A stretch of 63,079 nucleotides of DNA, counting the filler, from Corallochytrium limacisporum Hawaii (Eukaryota; Protista; Pluriformea), in assembly GCA_002811645.1 (NCBI GenBank). It is 3 parts of 3 records of this genome, joined end to end, with 100 filler letters (N's around TTAATTAATTAA, not from the genome) between each part and the next. Parts side by side here need not be neighbours in the genome. Positions count along the whole stretch, not along the records: positions 46,411 to 63,079 come from PDIP01000172.1; 2 more parts are not named here. One strand, written 5' to 3'. A program made the position numbers and the translations under genes. The notes below the pieces were generated by a model that was not told where the DNA came from, ran no database searches, and was given only the letters and a program-made list of their open reading frames with translations. This document shows positions 59,915 through 63,079 of the stretch, one piece after another. Position 1 is the first letter of the stretch; the number at the start of each line of letters is the position of its first letter.

Positions 59915-61219
59915 CTAATTACGTTCCGGACTTGGAAGACTACTGGCTTCCTCACATGAATCACTGGCTCCGGAAATCTGTTCCATGCCAATGTTGCAAC
60001 CTCCTTCACATGTGAGGGAGCAATCGACGGGTCCAGACATCATTCTGGCCATCATTTGTCGCTGATGGCGAGACTCTATCTGGAAGGTGGAATGATGTAG
60101 AGCATACTTCTGGCACGCAATTTTCTTTGCGCTGGGAAGAATGGTACCATCATCATCTTCGACTTCTATGTGACCTGCTACAGCCCCTTTTCCTACAGTA
60201 ATGGACCATACATGAAGGTCCCGTACCCGCTCGACCTTCGGAATTCCTTCCAGATCGCGCCTGAGAGCATCAGGGTCAATGTTTTTCGGCGCAGCCTCCA
60301 TGAGTACCATTGCTGCATCCCAAACGATCTTGGCCGTGGTTGCAAGAACAATAATGCTGAACACAAAAGTGCATATAGGATCCGCAATGGTCCATTCAGG
60401 CTTAACCCAGATAATTATCGATGCAATTAGTACACCAACGGATTGCACGAGGTCTCCAAGAACGTGAATGAATGCTGCCCGCACATTCATATTACCTTCC
60501 TTCTTCGGTCCATCATGATTGTGACCTGCTTCTTCATCACTATGCGAGTGACCATGCCCATGACCATCGTCTCCGAGACCTCCGTGACTATGGCCGTGGC
60601 CACCTTGATAGAGAATCACTCCCATGGCAATATTTACGAAGACTCCAAAACATGCAGTACCAAACATCACCTTGGCATTGACAACCTCAGGATTGATGAT
60701 CCGCAGTACAGCCTCATATATCAGGATTCCTGACAAGACCCAAATAATTAAGACCGAGGTCAACGCGCCAAGAATCTCGAGGCGGTGAAATCCGAAGGAA
60801 AGTCGTTTCGATGCCGGCATCTCTGACACGTATACAGCGGCCAGCGAAATCAGGAATGATGCAAAATCTGACAACATGTGTGCTGCGTCCGTAAGGATGG
60901 CAAGGGACCCTGAGATGAGACCACCAGCGATTTCTAGGACCATAAAGATGAGGCACAATGCCGAAGCGGTAAGTAGGGTCTTCATAGTCTTCTTGCTTTC
61001 CGCAGATCGTACCCATCCCTTGCCACTGTCGCTGTCAGAATCACTATTACTGTGATTGTGATTCAACAAACCCACAGTGTCACTAGGAGCTCCATGATAT
61101 CCTGGACCCTCGTCCGCATCACACTCTTCCTCTGTTGTGCCATACCAATTCTCTCCTGTTGAAGGAGAATGCCGTCCGGTCTTAGGAGAATGCCGTCCGG
61201 TCTTATTAGCACTTCTCAT
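59915..61219 (-). CDS. Cation diffusion facilitator zinc transporter (SLC30A/ZnT2-like), 434 aa
   Basis: SLAILTDAAHMLSD, FG.HR.E.LGAL, His-rich loop, N.NVRAAFIHVLGD..QS.GV, DPICT, LHVW, H.T.Q.E. Confidence 0.95.
   Translation of the reverse strand: MRSANKTGRHSPKTGRHSPSTGENWYGTTEEECDADEGPGYHGAPSDTVGLLNHNHSNSDSDSDSGKGWVRSAESKKTMKTLLTASALCLIFMVLEIAGGLISGSLAILTDAAHMLSDFASFLISLAAVYVSEMPASKRLSFGFHRLEILGALTSVLIIWVLSGILIYEAVLRIINPEVVNAKVMFGTACFGVFVNIAMGVILYQGGHGHSHGGLGDDGHGHGHSHSDEEAGHNHDGPKKEGNMNVRAAFIHVLGDLVQSVGVLIASIIIWVKPEWTIADPICTFVFSIIVLATTAKIVWDAAMVLMEAAPKNIDPDALRRDLEGIPKVERVRDLHVWSITVGKGAVAGHIEVEDDDGTILPSAKKIACQKYALHHSTFQIESRHQRQMMARMMSGPVDCSLTCEGGCNIGMEQISGASDSCEEASSLPSPERN
61163..61204 (-). 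repeat. 21-nt in-frame tandem duplication (KTGRHSP x2) in the ZnT N-terminus
   Basis: AGGAGAATGCCGTCCGGTCTT occurs twice in tandem. Confidence 0.9.
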
Positions 61220-62398
61220 ATTGAACGTGCCGAGTTTCCAGTCAACTAGATGCCAAAAACTGTTTCACTAATTGCATTCCTCGACAGTCCACCTGTCGCA
61301 TTTATTCCTTTCCTTAAGTTGTATTTTGGCCGCAGAACGTGTGAAATAGTTTGATCGCTATGAATACTATGCTCGGATCTTCAACCCTTGTTGATCATAT
61401 TGGTAGCCTTGTGTTGTGTTCAAGACTCAGAGAATTGGAGGCGAATGTCAGTGAAGAATGAAAACCAAACATGTGGTTGGAAAATCCTCAGCATTCGCAA
61501 AGCCCGACGACCCCTTACGTATGTCTTTCACCCTTCTCTTGTTACCCTACTTCGTCCCAGGCCTACCAAAACAGGGGATGGTCCCACCAGTCAATTTTTC
61601 TATGGCACAAATGCTACTGTTTCTAACCAAAGCGTCCCACTATCGGCGTGTTCAACGTGTTTGATATGCTGATGCGTGCATCGTGTTCCAATTTCAATAG
61701 AGGAGTGGTGCCCAGCCGGGAAAGGGAGAGTGTTTGAGAGAAAGGTTGAGAGAAAATTTCGCGAAGGGGAGCAAGGAAGCAAAAATGCTTCAGAAGAAAA
61801 ATTCCTTCATGACAGGGAGCTCATTTGACTACGAATGGTCATGCTAGTGGAACTTGGGAGGAGGCGCGACATTAGAATACTGGCAGGCGGAAAAAAAAAG
61901 CAGCAAGCAAGGATTGCAAACGAACTTGTGTCTGAGACCGCAATGACAACGACTCAGGTCGCCTATGCAACCTGTCCTACACTAGGGTTGCAATGCTGCA
62001 TTGCTGACCCGTATGTAGGAGAGAGTGGTAGTCTTCATTGCACGGGTCTCCATTGTTCATTTAGCAGAATGCCATATAGGGGAGTACCCGACGCACTCAG
62101 TTAGGCAGTCAGTTAATTTTTCCAGGTGAGAGATGATGGGAGTACCGCAAGCATTTACCTGGTCATTTGCCTATCAAGGGTCGCAATGGGGACGCGGCTC
62201 TGGAAATCAGTTTCTACGTCCACATTCACTCCGATTACGATCCCCAGTGGTCAACTAAAAGCGCTCGTGAACGTTTGTACATGTGTGTGTATTGGGGATG
62301 TAGTCAGGCCATACTGCAGAAACACCTTCCCATAGCGGCTCGGCTAGACTGAAACATTCGCATATTCACTATTGAAAATTGTATCTGCAAATAATGCC

Positions 62399-63079
62399 TT
62401 TTTGTATTATATAGTTTTTGTACACTTTGAGAGGGGCACGACTATGAGGGTTGCGATTAGAGAAAGGTTGAGAGAGGTGGGGTGGGTGAGGCGAACCTGC
62501 GGTGCGTAATGAATACGGATGGTTACATGGAGGAATGAGGAAGGACTAGACTTGAATTCTGATTTAATAGTCCGTATGTATTTAAATAGAGACCAGAGCG
62601 CAACTGTAGTTTACGACTGCAGTTTACGGAGGAGGGAACAAGAATGAGACCCCCAGGTTTGCGGGGCTTTATGCGGTGTGAGGGCCAGTCAGGGTGTGCT
62701 TTACGAGGGAGGAGGATATGGCGGACATGAACTTGATTTTCTAGTCCGGATGTAGACAGGCGGACTAGCTAAGACAAGACACCACAAGTACTGGGTGTCT
62801 TGGTAGGGGCAGGAAGAGGGGATGAGAGCACAAGCGAGGCGGGGGCCAACTTCTGGGGGGAGAGTACGATTGGGGCCTTTGAGAGGTCCGGATGTAGAAT
62901 AGCAGAGCACAGCACAAGAAAAATGCAAGAGATGCATTAGTATAGTAGAGACTTTGGTTGCAAAGCCAGGATATAATAGAAGAGAGGAAATGTTTGTAAT
63001 GTTACAAGGGAAGGAGAAAAGTAGAGTGTATATAGAGAGAGAGGAGAGAGAAATGCTTTCCATGAGGAAAACAAATCTA
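62399..63079 (-). repeat. Right copy of the about 0.7 kb inverted repeat
   Basis: Reverse complement of 46411-47108; the same 120-aa ORF appears in both copies in the ORF track. Confidence 0.95.

Overview
Eukaryotic nuclear DNA from a compact, very intron-poor genome. The gene content (Akirin, a Maf/CNC-like bZIP, SerRS with the animal-type N-terminal insertion) points to a unicellular holozoan, e.g. Corallochytrium-like (inference). The window is not one molecule: two artificial N44-TTAATTAATTAA-N44 linkers (18555-18654, 46311-46410) join three contigs, so adjacency across them is meaningless. Contig A (1-18554) starts with a short (CCCTAA)-type seed, followed by about 9 kb of heavily decayed non-LTR retrotransposon relics, all on the minus strand, and an Agd3/CE18-like, probably GPI-anchored polysaccharide deacetylase. 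Contig B (18655-46310) carries SAS10/UTP3 (one intron), GPR89, a head-to-head SDHC-SDHD pair, ADH5, Rab GDI, a yeast-type DPM1, an interrupted LRR gene, the bZIP, CenH3 and a C2-C2-VASt-TM lipid-transfer protein. Contig C (46411-63079) is bounded by about 0.7 kb inverted repeats and carries Akirin, ACAD10, SerRS, a ZnT transporter and the best candidate for a new system: one polypeptide DEP-C1-DAG kinase-DEP-C2-LNS2 whose Nir/RdgB-type LNS2 domain keeps an intact DIDGT HAD motif, i.e. a putative bifunctional DAG kinase / phosphatidate phosphatase. All family calls come from motif recognition by eye; no database search was run.
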